From contig NC_068987.1 in the NCBI RefSeq assembly GCF_001194135.2, positions 81,594,829-81,658,828 on the forward strand: a DNA stretch of 64,000 nucleotides, given 5' to 3'. A model generated the notes under the pieces. That model was not told the origin of the DNA. It ran no database searches and saw only the letters and a program-made list of their open reading frames with translations. The DNA is from Octopus bimaculoides. Lineage: Eukaryota. Shown here in pieces: positions 1 through 12,313 of the stretch. Every line of letters begins with the position of its first letter. The first letter of the stretch is position 1. The translations under genes and the position numbers were made by a program.

Positions 1-115
1 ACGGAGACAGACAGAAAAAATGGAAAATGTTGCTTGCATTTGAAAACTATGGAAATATTTTTTAAAATATTTCATTTAATTTTTCCACAATTTAATTACT
101 TTTCATGCTTTACTC

Positions 116-153
<38 letters not shown>

Positions 154-158
<5 letters not shown>

Positions 159-720
159 GATTGAATATGGTACTTATGCGTAGGCACCAGAATATCGTAT
201 GGTATGGTATCATACAAAAGCCATTCCAAAAAGATAGGTGATCAAAAAATCAAAAATAAGCAACACGGATTTCAAAAGATGATTGCAGTATGCACGTTTC
301 ATGCTACTCCATTTATTTAAGTAATGCGAGCATTACATTAAATGCAATATGAAGAGCAATCTTCAGCTGCACGAAAATGCAGTAAATTACAGTAGAATAC
401 ACATATTATAATTGTGGCAACATTTCAAATCCAGGTGGGAGAAAGAATACATTAAAATCGAAGTGGGAGGAAGAATACATAAATCCATCTTGACATAGCC
501 GAGTCTATCAGGCTAGTAATTGATTCTAGACAAAAGTTCTAACTGTCTCAGATTTTATTGTCTCTTATCTAGTGTTGATAGCATAAGGGACAAATACTTC
601 TAAGGAAAGGGAAGGTGTAGGCAGTATGCATGGACAAGGCTATAAATGTATTAGATTATAAAGGTTTCCCTGGTCAGAGTAGTATCAGGTCATTTTACTA
701 CTATCAAAATGTTAAGGAAT
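154..720 (-). mobile_element. Penelope-like element pseudo-LTR / 3' region remnant
   Basis: Contains a PLE-type hammerhead motif (284-371) and a ~27-bp tandem duplication (gtgggagaaagaatacat x2, ~434-487); no ORF. Boundaries approximate. Confidence 0.5.
284..371 (-). ncRNA. Hammerhead ribozyme motif (type I, PLE-like, long stem II)
   Basis: Minus strand: UGCAG-CUGAAGA-[59-nt hairpin]-GAAA-CGUGCA-UA-CUGCA. Perfect 5-bp stem I, intact CUGANGA and GAAA core, stem II pairs ugcu/agca, cuucau/auggag and guaaugc/gcauuac. Confidence 0.7.
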
Positions 721-2009
721 TAAAACCCTAGGTATATGGGTCAAATAGGTTTTTTTCTTTTAGAAAACAGAGGCAGAGTTGTGGATAATGTGATAAGCTT
801 TTTGGTGCTGCTACCATAACATGTACCAAGTACTCTCTGTGAAGTGGTTGGTGGTGGAAAGGACACAGTCATAGAAGCCAAACCAAAGACGAATTATTTT
901 TGCGAGATATTGTTCTCTACCCTCTCTAGGTGAGTAGCATCTCCAGATAAGTGCTGTCTCAGAGTGTGATGCAAAATATGGTGATGACGGATACAATGAT
1001 AGGCACAAACACTCATATTGATGATACTGTTTGCAGAAACAAAAGAAATCATTCATATGAGGAACACTCAATACATTGAATGTAGGGGAGAATATTTATC
1101 ACATTCATTTCACTTGTGAAGGATTACAGCCATAAGATTTCTTGTATTTATAAAAACATACATGTGTGTGAAAATGTCTCAGCATATGTGTGAAATGTCT
1201 CAGCATGTGTGTGCATGTTTATTTGTTACATGGTTAGAATGATTAAAATTTTTAAAGTATGGGAAGAGATTTTATGATGTTTGTGAATTTCATATAGCCA
1301 TGAGTATCTTATATAAAGAGAAATGCTTATAACCAAAAATAAAAATGAGGTCCTTGTTTTCCAACTGTGTGTTAAATCCTCATGGATATGTAAAAAGCCT
1401 CGTATACTACATATTCAATGTAAACGCTATTAAAATCATCTGTGTTTTTGAAATCTGCTGCAAAAACGACATGAAAGATCAGGTTTTGGATTTCTATTAT
1501 AAATAAGGAAGAAAAATTCTTCTATGAATTGAATGAAAATAATTTTCTTTATTATTGAAAGTCTTTCCATCATCATCATCATCCTCATCATCATCGTCAT
1601 TTGGCGTTTGCTTTCAGAATCTAATTTTTTGTAACTTTATCAGAAATATAAACAGTATTGTGTTGTTCATTATCTTATTTCTTATAAATACATGCTTTGT
1701 GCAATGAGCATATTCTGTGTTAAATAAATATTTAAGGTGCATTCTCAGCAGAAATTATTTGATTGTAATGCTTTGAATTTCGCTTTCTTTTCGTGTAAAT
1801 GACATGCATGTAGTGAAAGTATCCATACCAAGATCCTTATGCATCTATACTCATAACTGTAGATGTTTATCTGTATATCTGTTACTTCATGTAACAGAGT
1901 TTGACTGCATTGGATGTATGAGAAATAACATTTTATTAGTGTTGATATATAATAAATAAAAAAAAGAAGGTAAGTGATATCACTACTGTTGTATAATCTG
2001 AAGAATATT

Positions 2010-2521
2010 CTTTTCTACTCTAGGCACAAGGCCCAAAGCTTTTGGGGAAGGGGGCAGTCAAATAGATCAACCCTAGTATGCAACTGGTACTTAATTTATC
2101 AACCCCAAAAGTATGAGAGGCTGTGGTATGACGTCAGTGTCTGGGGAGGCTGACCGGAAGGGCGAGTCGACCGGAAGGGGAAAAAGGGCAGAGGGAGCCT
2201 CGATCAGCATTCGTGCCCTTTTCAAACGGGGCTGCGGTCAGGACAAGACGTGTTAAGCGATGGTCTAGGTTTGGGAAGGTTTGGGAGAAGCAGCTGCTAT
2301 TCCTGGTGGACTTTGGGTCGGGGCAAGCTTCAAGGATCGGATACCACAAGACGGACTCGCAGTCGAGGAAAGGAAAACCGAGGTAAGGCGATTACATCTA
2401 CTCGTACGCACACACCACAGAGGCAAATACGACTTCGGTGGAATTTGAACTCTGAGCATAAAGATAGACAAAATGCCACTAAGCATTTTGCCCGGTGTGC
2501 TAACATTTCTGCCAGCTTACC
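2010..2521 (-). mobile_element. tRNA-derived SINE family B (Deu/Nin-like central domain), interrupted by a solo LTR
   Basis: Matches copies at 57679-58320 and 62144-63042; 15-bp TSD aatctgaagaatatt at 1995-2009 and 2522-2536. Domain name is from recall. Confidence 0.85.
2122..2419. mobile_element. Solo LTR (298 bp) of an LTR retrotransposon
   Basis: TGTGGT...ACCACA terminal inverted repeat; perfect 5-bp TSD GAGGC (2117-2121, 2420-2424); GC- and CpG-rich; splits a SINE. Confidence 0.88.
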
Positions 2522-3130
2522 AATCTGAAGAATATTGGTAAGCTTGTAATCTGAAGAATATTATTGGTTGACTGATCTTCTATAGTATTATATAGAGCAG
2601 TTGTGCTTTTCACTAAGGGTAATTTTAATATAAAAAATATTAAGATGATTTCTGTTTCTGGCTAGTGAATGATATTGTTGAAATGAACATGATGATGAAA
2701 ATGAAATCATTAATCAACTTATAATTAATTGTACAGCTTCTAACATAAGAAACTGAAAGAACTGAACACTTGTCTTGGCAAAATAAAACAAAATTTTGTT
2801 CAGTCTGATTCAAAGAACTGAGACCAAAATGTAATAGACATCACTGATTAATACATAGGTGGATGACAAAACATTTAAACTGGAATTAAAAGTAATGTCA
2901 CCTTTAAGGTAAATGGGAAAAAGAAGTTCCTGATAACTTAGCTTTTGATGAGAAAATGACTTTTCAAAATCCATTGTAATTTTTGAATTTGAATAAAATT
3001 AGAATCATAAATACTTCAAGAATGCTAAAAGCATAATTATTGGTACAATAAAAATATTACTCTCTTTTACAGAGCAATTTTTTTATACTAAGATATTTGT
3101 GGAATAAATATCTTTTATACTAAGATGTTT

Positions 3131-3520
3131 ATCTTTTACTTATTTCATTCATTCCACTGAGGTCATGCTGAGGCACCATTTTAAAGTGTTTAGTCAAACA
3201 AATTGACTTCAGTACTTAATTAAGTCTGGTACTTATTCTATTGGACACTTTTTGCTGAACTCCTAAGTCACAGGGATGTAGAAAGCCAACACTTGGTATC
3301 AAGCAGCAGTGGGGAGAAACACAGTGCAAGCACGCACGCACATACACACATACACACACAGTAAATTTCTTTCACTTTCTATTTCCAACATCCACTCATA
3401 AGGCTTTGATCAGTTCAGACATCTAGTAGAGGATTCTTGCTCAAAGTACCACATGGTGGGACTGAGCTTCAGTCCCCATCATTTGGAAGCAAACTCCTTA
3501 TCCATACAGTCATACCTGTA
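3131..3520 (-). mobile_element. tRNA-derived CORE-like SINE family A
   Basis: Reverse complement of the head/core/tail seen best at 12314-12728. Confidence 0.8.
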
Positions 3521-5037
3521 TAGATAAGGTAATATATAATATAAGGTGAGCTTTCATACATTTATGTTACTTCTTCACATTTTGATTGTAACGATGATAG
3601 TAAAAAAAAGGAATTAAATATATTGCATCTGAGCAAAGCTTTATTTTACTACAGGATCAAGATAAGAATCTGCATAAAAGTTAGATATCAATATGTAGCA
3701 CCTTTAGCAGGTGTCTTCTACAAAAGCTTCAGGTTGACCAATGATTTCTTCATGAGTAGAACTTTAAATTCTCAAGAAAAGCATTTTCATTTCAGCAATG
3801 AGGATTAGTTTAACATTCAGATATATATAGTCTTCTTATACTTCAACACATTCGAACGTGTACATATTGCAAATGTTCACAGAACAGCATCTTAATTATT
3901 TAATACATTTCAGTAAACACCTGCATAATCGTACTCTCTTCTTTATTACTCATAAATATTTCAATACAGTAAATGTTGCTAAATATCTTCTGGACTTAAA
4001 ATGTCACTTTCTGCAGTTCTTTGTTATTGTATCACCATTAGTTGAAGCATTAGTGGTAAGCTCAAACTGGTCTTGATATGAACAAATGTAATTTAAAATT
4101 TTATAGTGCTATTTTTGCTGTAATTTTTCTTTTGCCAATTATTCTTTCTATGAAACCACTCCTTTCAGTGTAGCAGCTGGCAATTGTGCTGACATACATA
4201 ATAGAGACTCACTTGAAACTTTCTCTCCTTATATACTATTTTCTTACAATTCACCCAAATAAATAGCTACATTCATTCTCCTATTACCAATCATCTTCAA
4301 CGCTGCATGATAATTTTTTTTCTTCAGTAACATTCCTAATTTGTTAAGTTTTCTTAGCCTATCCTAAATAAATTAAGGAATCTGTATTTGTTTTCTCTAA
4401 AAACTTTTCCTTGCAGTATCTTAGCTTCCATTTCCTATGCATCTATTTTGCAAGTAGAATTGTCATTGTAGTATTTTTCTAACTTTAGTTAATATAATCT
4501 AGTTGAAAGATAGGTGGCAGACCATGATGTGTTTAACGAGTTATGAATAAACCCTATACTTATAAATGGATTTTTAATTAAAAACTAAAATTCCTTGACA
4601 GTACATAGGAATTAGTTACTTGATATTCATACGTAGGAAGTCAGTTTTCTTATAAATATGTTTAAAATTTTTTACCCCATTTTATGTTAAAGGCAATTTA
4701 TAAGGTTTATAAGAAGTCATATATGTACAAAAGCAGATTAAAACAGAGAAAATTCTAAGTAAAATCTCCAATTCTTTTTTATTTTAAATTCATTTTGCAT
4801 TAAAAAAAAACCCTTTTATTTGCTAGGTATTGGTTATTAATAATTAGGTATTATTATATTTTTGTAAGTAAATTTTGTTTTTTCAGCCAATGTTTCATCT
4901 ATTTAAATATTTTTTATTGTGAAAGACTTCTAGATTTAACAATATATTTAGTTGAATAAACATTATACTTCCCAGCATAAATATGCCATTTCTTCAAAAA
5001 AGGAAGTTCATGTTTTTGTTTGTTGGTTTATTTTTTT

Positions 5038-5432
5038 AATCTTTTACTCATTTTATAGCAGTGCTGGAGCACTGCTATGAAGGATTTACTTGATCAAATC
5101 AACCCCAGTACCTATTTTGAAGTCCAATACTTATTCTCTTGGTCTCTGTTGCCAAATTGCTGAGCTATGGGGACATAAACAAGCCAATGCTGGTTGCCAA
5201 GCAGCAGCTGTGGGACAAATGCAAAGTCACACACATAAACATGCATGCATACAAACATGACAGGCTTCCATACAGTTTCCGTCAAATTCACTTGCAAAGT
5301 ACTGGACAACCTGGGCCTATAGTAGCAGACACTTGCTCAAGGTGTCATGTAGTGGGACTAAACCCAAAACTATGTGGTTGTAAAATTAATTTCTTAACCA
5401 CACAACCATATTTGTACCTTGCCATGCCTGTT
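5038..5432 (-). mobile_element. SINE family A
   Basis: Same head/core/tail as 12314-12728, reverse orientation. Confidence 0.8.
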
Positions 5433-6009
5433 TGTTTCATTTTTTCATAAGTATTATAAAAGAGATTTTACAATTTCAATGATCTATAGGTACATCATAT
5501 TTCATTGTGCAACCATAATATACTAGTAAAGTATATTAAATATTTTTATAAGTCATTATCACATCCTACTGCGTTAGCACTGCATTTTACATTATTTTGT
5601 TAAGGTTATTTCTTACAGATATTCTATAGAACTTATAGCCAACACTGATTTTTTACTGCAATGTTTCGTATTGAGACATCAGATGTAAACAATGTGATCA
5701 GAGACAAAAGTGGGTAATGAGTGTATATGCCATATTTTGGGGGTTGTTGCCCCTTTGTCAGCACTCATCTAACCCATTCTTACCTCCAAACACATTGCTT
5801 ATATACTCACCACATACAGCAGTGTTAAGTTATTGGATATACCAATTTACATATTAGACGCATTCCTGGAGCTGGTACATAAAGACTAATGATCTGTAGG
5901 TACATGATACTTTGTTACGCAATCATAATCTATTTTGTGTACTTCCAAGCTAGAATTCAAGTTATATAATTTGGTTGACTTATGTTAAATTTAAACTGGC
6001 ACTCTATTG

Positions 6010-6312
6010 TTTATGATGACAAATGTTCCAGTTGATCCAATCAATGGAACAGCCTGCTCATGATATTGACGTGCAAGTGGCTGAGTACTCCATAGACACA
6101 TGTACTCTTAACATAGTTCTCAGGGAAACTGGGAAATTCAGCATGACACATACTGTGACAAGGCTGGCCATTTGAAATAAAAGCAAAGCTCATTTTTGCC
6201 AGCTGAGTGAAATAAAATGTCTTGCTCAAGGACACCGCATGCTGCCAGGAATTCAACTCAAGACCGTATGATTGTGAGCCAAATACTCTAACCACTAAAC
6301 CACATGCCTTCA
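6010..6312 (-). mobile_element. tRNA-derived SINE family C
   Basis: Minus-strand head gaaggcatgtggtttagtggttagag and core gtccttgagcaagacatttt...cactcagctggcaaaaatgag; related copies ~28400-28682 and ~59080-59240. Confidence 0.75.
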
Positions 6313-6359
6313 CTTACTAGCTTTAAGGTACTTAAACTGTTAATTTATGTAAGACATTC

Positions 6360-6722
6360 TCTAATAAACTGAAGTCTAATACTATTCTATTGGTCTTTTT
6401 CACCAAACTGCTAAGTTACACGACGTAAACAAACTAAAATCAATTATTAAGTGGTAGGGTTGCACACACACACACACACGTATGTATGTACGTGTATATA
6501 TATTTATGTGTGTATGTATGTATGTATGTGTGTGTGTTTGTGTATAAACTGTGCAAGTATTCGTATGTGATGGTCATCCAAACAGTTTCTGCCTCCCAAA
6601 ATTCACTCACAAGGCGTTTAATGGCCTGGGGCTATAGTACAAGACACTTGCCCAAGGTACCATGCATTGAGACTGAATCTAAAACTGTATATTGTGAAGC
6701 AAACACCTTAGCCACACAGCCT
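6360..6722 (-). mobile_element. SINE family A
   Basis: Core cttgcccaaggtaccatg and internal CA/TG microsatellite. Confidence 0.75.
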
Positions 6723-6809
6723 AATTTCCTTTGTAACAATTCTTTTTTTAATAATTTCAGATTTAATTGTTGATCACAATTTTGAATATTTATTTCCAAT
6801 GTTAATGCC

Positions 6810-7050
6810 ACATAAAAAGCACTGGTGCTGGACTGGTGCTGATGCTACGTATAAAGCACTGGTCCTGGTTCCACATAAAAAGCAACTGGTACACTCTTTG
6901 AAGTGGTTGGCATTAAGAAGGTCGTCCAGCTGAAGTAACCATGCCAAAATAGACGACTGGAGCCCGTTGTAGCTCCCTGGCTTGCAGGCTCCTGTTAAAC
7001 CTTCTCACCTATACCAGCATGGTAGAAACATGTTAAATGATGATGATACA
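6810..7050 (+). mobile_element. RTE-tailed non-autonomous repeat family D
   Basis: taaaaagcac repeats followed by acactc..aagtggttggcattaagaagg...ccagcatgg..(gat)n. Confidence 0.7.
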
Positions 7051-7509
7051 TTCATGATATAGACTAATTCAGTTAACATCTATATAAGACCCTTTTTTTT
7101 AAATAAATGCCCAAAGAATGCTTCCACATCATTATCAAGATCTTCATTCTTATCATTTACATCATCGTCACTGATATTTTTCACTTAATCTTTTAATATT
7201 TTTAATGTTTAAACTGTCTTTAAGCCAGATGTTCTGCTACTATGTACTTTTATGTGATTATCTAATTAACTAGTAACTTTACAATTCATAAAAGTCTTCA
7301 GATTTAATTTATGATAGCAGCAAACATTTTATTAGATACAATGATAGGTTAATTTTTTTTTAACTAATTAACACAATTAAAGCAGCCAACTTATTCCAAC
7401 AAAGTTATCTAATTGAATTTTTATGCTTTATTTATTAATTTTTAGTAATGAGTAAATTAAAATTGTTAGTAGTCATAATGTTATAGGTTTCTAATATTAC
7501 ACAATAAAC

Positions 7510-7683
7510 ACAAGAGTGGCTGTGTTAAGAAGTTTGCTTCCCGACCAGATGGTTGCAGGTACAGTCTATTTGCATGGCACCTTGAGCAAGTGTCTTTTAC
7601 TGTAACTCTGGCCCAACCAATGCCTTGTGAGTGGATTTGGTAGACAAACTGAATGAAGCCCATCATATATATATATATATATA
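7510..7683 (+). mobile_element. SINE family A (5' half)
   Basis: gtggctgtgttaagaagtttgcttccc...caccttgagcaagtgtctt ending in (TA)n. Confidence 0.8.
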
Positions 7684-7694
7684 GGACTACACAG

Positions 7695-7870
7695 CCCTTC
7701 TTTGTACATCAGTCAAACAAAACTGGTCTTGCACCATTTCTACTCTACCGGTCATTCACTACAACACCTGTCTGTGTTCGGATTGTCTTTGCACAGGGGC
7801 CATCCGGACTCCCACCTTCACCAGGAACAGGAATTAATCTTTGTGCCATATGGGCTTAATTCCCCTCCTC
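7695..7870 (+). mobile_element. Penelope-like element GIY-YIG endonuclease C-terminal fragment
   Basis: Translation LYISQT...HHFYSTGHSLQHLSVFGLSLHRGHPDSHLHQEQELIF..PYGLN resembles the YIG motif and HF...GHS...EQ.LIF...P.G.N end of PLE ORFs; internally deleted. Confidence 0.72.
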
Positions 7871-7999
7871 TCTTCATCTCACACCTACTTCCTCTCTTCA
7901 CTCCTACCCACCTTCTCTCTTCATTGATACCCTTCCACCCACACTCACACACTCCACTCCTGCATACCTGACCCCTACTCCTATATTTCCACCCCAATC

Positions 8000-8550
8000 C
8001 CACACCACACCATACCTCACACCATACCCCCACACCATACCACACCATACCCCACACCATACCCCACACCATACCCCACACCATACCCCACACCATACCC
8101 CACACCATACCNNNNNNNNNNNNNNNNNNNNNNNNNNNNNNNNNNNNNNNNNNNNNNNNNNNNNNNNNNNNNNNNNNNNNNNNNNNNNNNNNNNNNNNNN
8201 NNNNNNNNNNNNNNNNNNNNNNNNNNNNNNNNNNNNNNNNNNNNNNNNNNNNNNNNNNNNNNNNNNNNNNNNNNNNNNNNNNNNNNNNNNNNNNNNNNNN
8301 NNNNNNNNNNNNNNNNNNNNNNNNNNNNNNNNNNNNNNNNNNNNNNNNNNNNNNNNNNNNNNNNNNNNNNNNNNNNNNNNNNNNNNNNNNNNNNNNNNNN
8401 NNNNNNNNNNNNNNNNNNNNNNNNNNNNNNNNNNNNNNNNNNNNNNNNNNNNNNNNNNNNNNNNNNNNNNNNNNNNNNNNNNCACACCATACCCCACACC
8501 ATACCCCACACCATACCCCACACCATACCCCCCACCATACCCCCCCACCA
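8000..8550. repeat. 12-bp minisatellite (CCCCACACCATA)n spanning an assembly gap
   Basis: Unit repeated on both sides of the N run 8112-8482. Confidence 0.95.
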
Positions 8551-8831
8551 AAGTCACTAGCCCCTATCCACACACACACACACATTCTCACATGGCAGTA
8601 ATGGCGGTGGCGGTGGCAGTGGTTAACTCATTGACATTAATATTTTTTATGCCTGTACTATCAATTCTGGAGTCATTTTAATCCTTGACATGGCTATTTT
8701 GTGTGCCATTTGATCTGATTCTGCTTCAGAGTTCTGTCTATCGCAAAACCATGCATTACTGACACTCGAGTAAATTTCAATTAATTAATTCAGGCTGTTT
8801 ACAAAGGACCACAAACTATGGTCCTCTAAAT

Positions 8832-9093
8832 CAGAGGTTCTCAACCATTGTTTTTGCCTGTGGATCCTATTGATTCCTATTTTGCTTGGCTGGACCCCCA
8901 TAGCCATTTGATGCTTAAAAAAAAAAACCTCTTATATTTTTAAAATGAAATATTATGAACAACTGCATAAAAAAACGTTGTCAAACTATTTTGTGTAGTG
9001 TACAAGTAGAAGCAATTTATTGCACATAAATTTTAACAACCAAATCTTTTGTGGACCTCTAAGGTTCATATGGACCCCAGTTGAGATTCACTG
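8832..9093. mobile_element. hAT (Charlie-like) MITE, 262 bp
   Basis: TIRs cagaggttctcaac / gttgagattcactg; 8-bp TSD ctctaaat / gtctaaat (7/8), resembling the Charlie NTCTAGAN target. Confidence 0.82.
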
Positions 9094-9834
9094 GTCTAAA
9101 TTATGGATAACTGAATTTAGTTATGCGGCTGTTTTTAATGGGGAATAAGCTGTGACTGAGCACTAAATATGAGTACATATTTTAACCTTTAGCACACTGT
9201 AGGTGCATCATGTCACCATATGAGCCTGATTCCTCCCCTTTTCAAGTGGAACAGGCCTTAATTGCCATTTGATAATTATGGTACATCCTTTGGAGTTTGA
9301 AATAATTTAAAGAATTAACCAGGATTTACATTGTATGGTATTTGATATACCTGTATTTGTCTATGTCGTTCAAATACATGTCACTGGCTGCTCTGAGCTC
9401 CTTTTTGTTTAAATGATAAAAATTTGATAGTTCAGCAGCACTAACTTACAGTTCTTAATAATGTATCTAATGTTACAACCCTTCCTTTGCTTTGTTCACA
9501 CTATTATATTAAAACTAATTGAAGGAAATCAATTCTACCATTGAAACATGGCAGTAGTAACATGAGATGAGAATAAAGACAACGGGTATGCACAGAATTG
9601 TAACAAACCCAGACTGAGAAAACAATTAATGTAGGATGTTAGTAAAATAAAGAGACATGCAAAAATTAGATAAATGTTAAAGATACATGTTCAGTAGATA
9701 CATGTGTATGTGTGTGCGTATATATATATCATCATCATCATCATCATCATCGTTTAACGTCCGCTTTCCATGCTAGCATGGGTTGGACGATTTGACTGAG
9801 GACTGGTGANNNNNNNNNNCATAGACACACACAT

Positions 9835-9873
<39 letters not shown>

Positions 9874-9877
<4 letters not shown>

Positions 9878-10606
9878 GTGAGTCGAGGAAGTGCTCTTCA
9901 GTAGTTGCGTATTAGCACAGTAGTGCTACAATTTCAGCCAATTAAAGCTGGCTATGAATTAATACAGACAGCAGCTCCTTCCCAACAGTATTTCAGGCCT
10001 TTTTTCATATAAATACAGCATCATCTGTCCAGAAAAGAGGAGATTCTGTTCCAGTCAGTGAGCCAACAGTTAACATAAAACTTCGACAAGAGTACAGCTA
10101 TTTCCAGTGGGACTTCAACACGAACAACTGTGTTATTTCACTGACTTAATACTGTAAACTTTGGTATTACATGGAGTGGGTCAAGGAAGCCATAATTTGT
10201 TGTCATGGATTGGCACAGTTGTGCTTTGGCAGCTATAGCTAACCAGAGCTATAAAAGCAGGAGTCATCAGCCCAGCAGGAGCATTTCTCTTTACAGACAG
10301 TCAGCAGAAGACATCAATGGCATAACCATCGGTGAACAGATCTCCATGACCATCACTGAACAGATCTCCACAACCGACAGCTGACAGATCTTAACATTTC
10401 ATACCAGCCTTCATACCACCAGCTATTGCCTGTTTGTATTTCTTACATCCTTAGCACCACAAACTTCTAACTTATCTGTGTAATAGTAAGTCCAATGGTC
10501 TTCCTTGACTCCTACATATTAGAATTATCTACTCTCATTGCAACCCAAATAAATGATGATGTTTGTTCTAATATAGCCTTCTGATGTATTTTCTCAGTGC
10601 CCCACA
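9874..10606 (+). mobile_element. Possible solo LTR
   Basis: TG...CA ends, TATAAAA at 10250, ~24-bp tandem units at ~10325-10392, AATAAA at 10548; no TSD found. Confidence 0.4.
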
Positions 10607-10608
10607 GA

Positions 10609-10969
10609 TGCAATGGTTTCTTTCCACATTCTGTATTTATTTGGTAACATGCTAAAATTGGTAACACTTTACTCGAGTTACATTCTTACAGTTATATTGT
10701 GGTGGTGGGGGGGGGTTGCTCTTGAGTAACATGTAACTCAGTACAATCTGCTTCATGGTTTGGCCATTGGTGACTAAACAGGCAACACCACCAAGCTTTC
10801 ATGGTCAGTAGGATGGTCTTTGGACATCTTACAGGATGAAAAACATAACCTGCCAGGGGGCAGGTGAGCCCAGGGGAGTCATTGGTTACGTATATATACA
10901 TATATGATGCATACATATTAATTACTTGTAGGGACACCGTATATCATTATATAACCATAATTTACTACA
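10609..10969 (-). mobile_element. Possible second solo LTR, opposite orientation
   Basis: Minus strand begins TGTAGTAA and ends CA ~27 nt after AATAAA; no TSD. Confidence 0.3.
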
Positions 10970-11789
10970 AAGCATATTAAACATTTACAATATGTACATA
11001 CCAGCTGCCAGGAATGTATTTAATATGTAAAACTGATATGTCCAATAGTGTTACCCTGCTATATTTAGTAGCTGTTTAAGCAATGAATTCGTGGATGGTT
11101 AAATGGATTGGATGCAGTGCTGAAGAAGGGGCAATAACTATTCTTCCATCTTCAGTTGCATTGTCTACTTTAGATCTATTCGGATACGAAACATTGTAAC
11201 AAACCAGTATTGGTTATAATTTCTATAGAAAATCTATAGAGATAATCTTAAAAAATGATTTAATAGCACTACTAGCACAGTAAAACACAGTATTAACTTA
11301 TAAAGCACTTAATATTTTTGGTGGTATATTTTGGTTGCATAACAAAATATGGTATAGTAAAGATTATTTGCCAACATAACATGGTACTCCTGGTTTAGGA
11401 TGAATGTTGCTGTAATTTAGCCCCAGGAGACATTGTCTCCTGCTGGCTATATGACACGATATGTGTCCTTATATTTTCAAACATGGGAATTTAACACCCC
11501 CACTCAGCTCAAAACAATATCTGTGTATTGCGATTTCTGTGTTATTTACCTTCATCAGCACAGAATAATTGTTTGGCTAGAGGTGGTGCTGCCAAATTCC
11601 CACTCGAAATATATAGTTTTCAAAGTGACAACTAGTCACTGATCTATAAATTAGAAAATTACTATTTGTAAATCGCACAGCGAGAGCTATTCAGCAACAG
11701 TACTGCCATGTTATGTTAGCAAATAATCTTTATTCCAAAGTACTGTTATTGAATATCTCTCATTGTGAGATTTATAAATAGTAATTTTC

Positions 11790-12211
11790 GAAGACCCAGG
11801 AAGATATGGAATGAAATACTGATGAACGACTGCAGGATGCTGAACCTTTCAGGCAAGATGACAAAGGACCGAGATATTTGGCCCCTTGCTGTACTCAAGA
11901 AGACCCATACTCCGCAGCAGAAGTGTAAAACCAGGTCCTTGTGGTGGTGTAAAGCACTCATGGCAGTACCATGTAAAAGTGCTTGTGTGGTGCCACACAA
12001 AAGTACCTATGCAGCATACCATGTGAAAGCACCCAGCACACTCTGTAAAGTGGTTGGCATCAAGAAAGACAACCAGCTGTAGAAACCATGCCAGACCAGA
12101 CTGGAATCCGGTGCAGCTGCCCAGTTTGTCAGCTCTGGTCAAACCATCCAACCCATGCCAACATGGACAATGGATGTTAGATGATGATGATGATGATGAT
12201 GATGATGACGA

Positions 12212-12244
<33 letters not shown>
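11790..12244 (+). mobile_element. RTE LINE 3' end with family-D tail and (GAT)n(GAC)n
   Basis: RRPRKIWNEILMNDCRMLNLSGKMTKDRDIW resembles the RTE ORF C-terminus (RGRP.KTW...DR..W); tail shared with family D. Confidence 0.75.
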
Positions 12245-12313
12245 TTTAAGAATGAGGTCATGGATGGTTAAATGGTTTGGCTGTGGTGCTGAAGAAGGAG
12301 CAAGAACTACTAA

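Noticed and set aside
764-929. Apparent exon with good acceptor and tag|gtgagt donor
   Set aside because: Stops in all three frames; the interior resembles a decayed family D repeat (actctctgtgaagtggttgg).
7818-8591. Long Gly/Tyr/Val-rich ORFs
   Set aside because: Translation of the 12-bp minisatellite across an N-gap.
11118-11200. CTGAAGA...GAAACATTG possible hammerhead
   Set aside because: No stem II or stem I complementarity.
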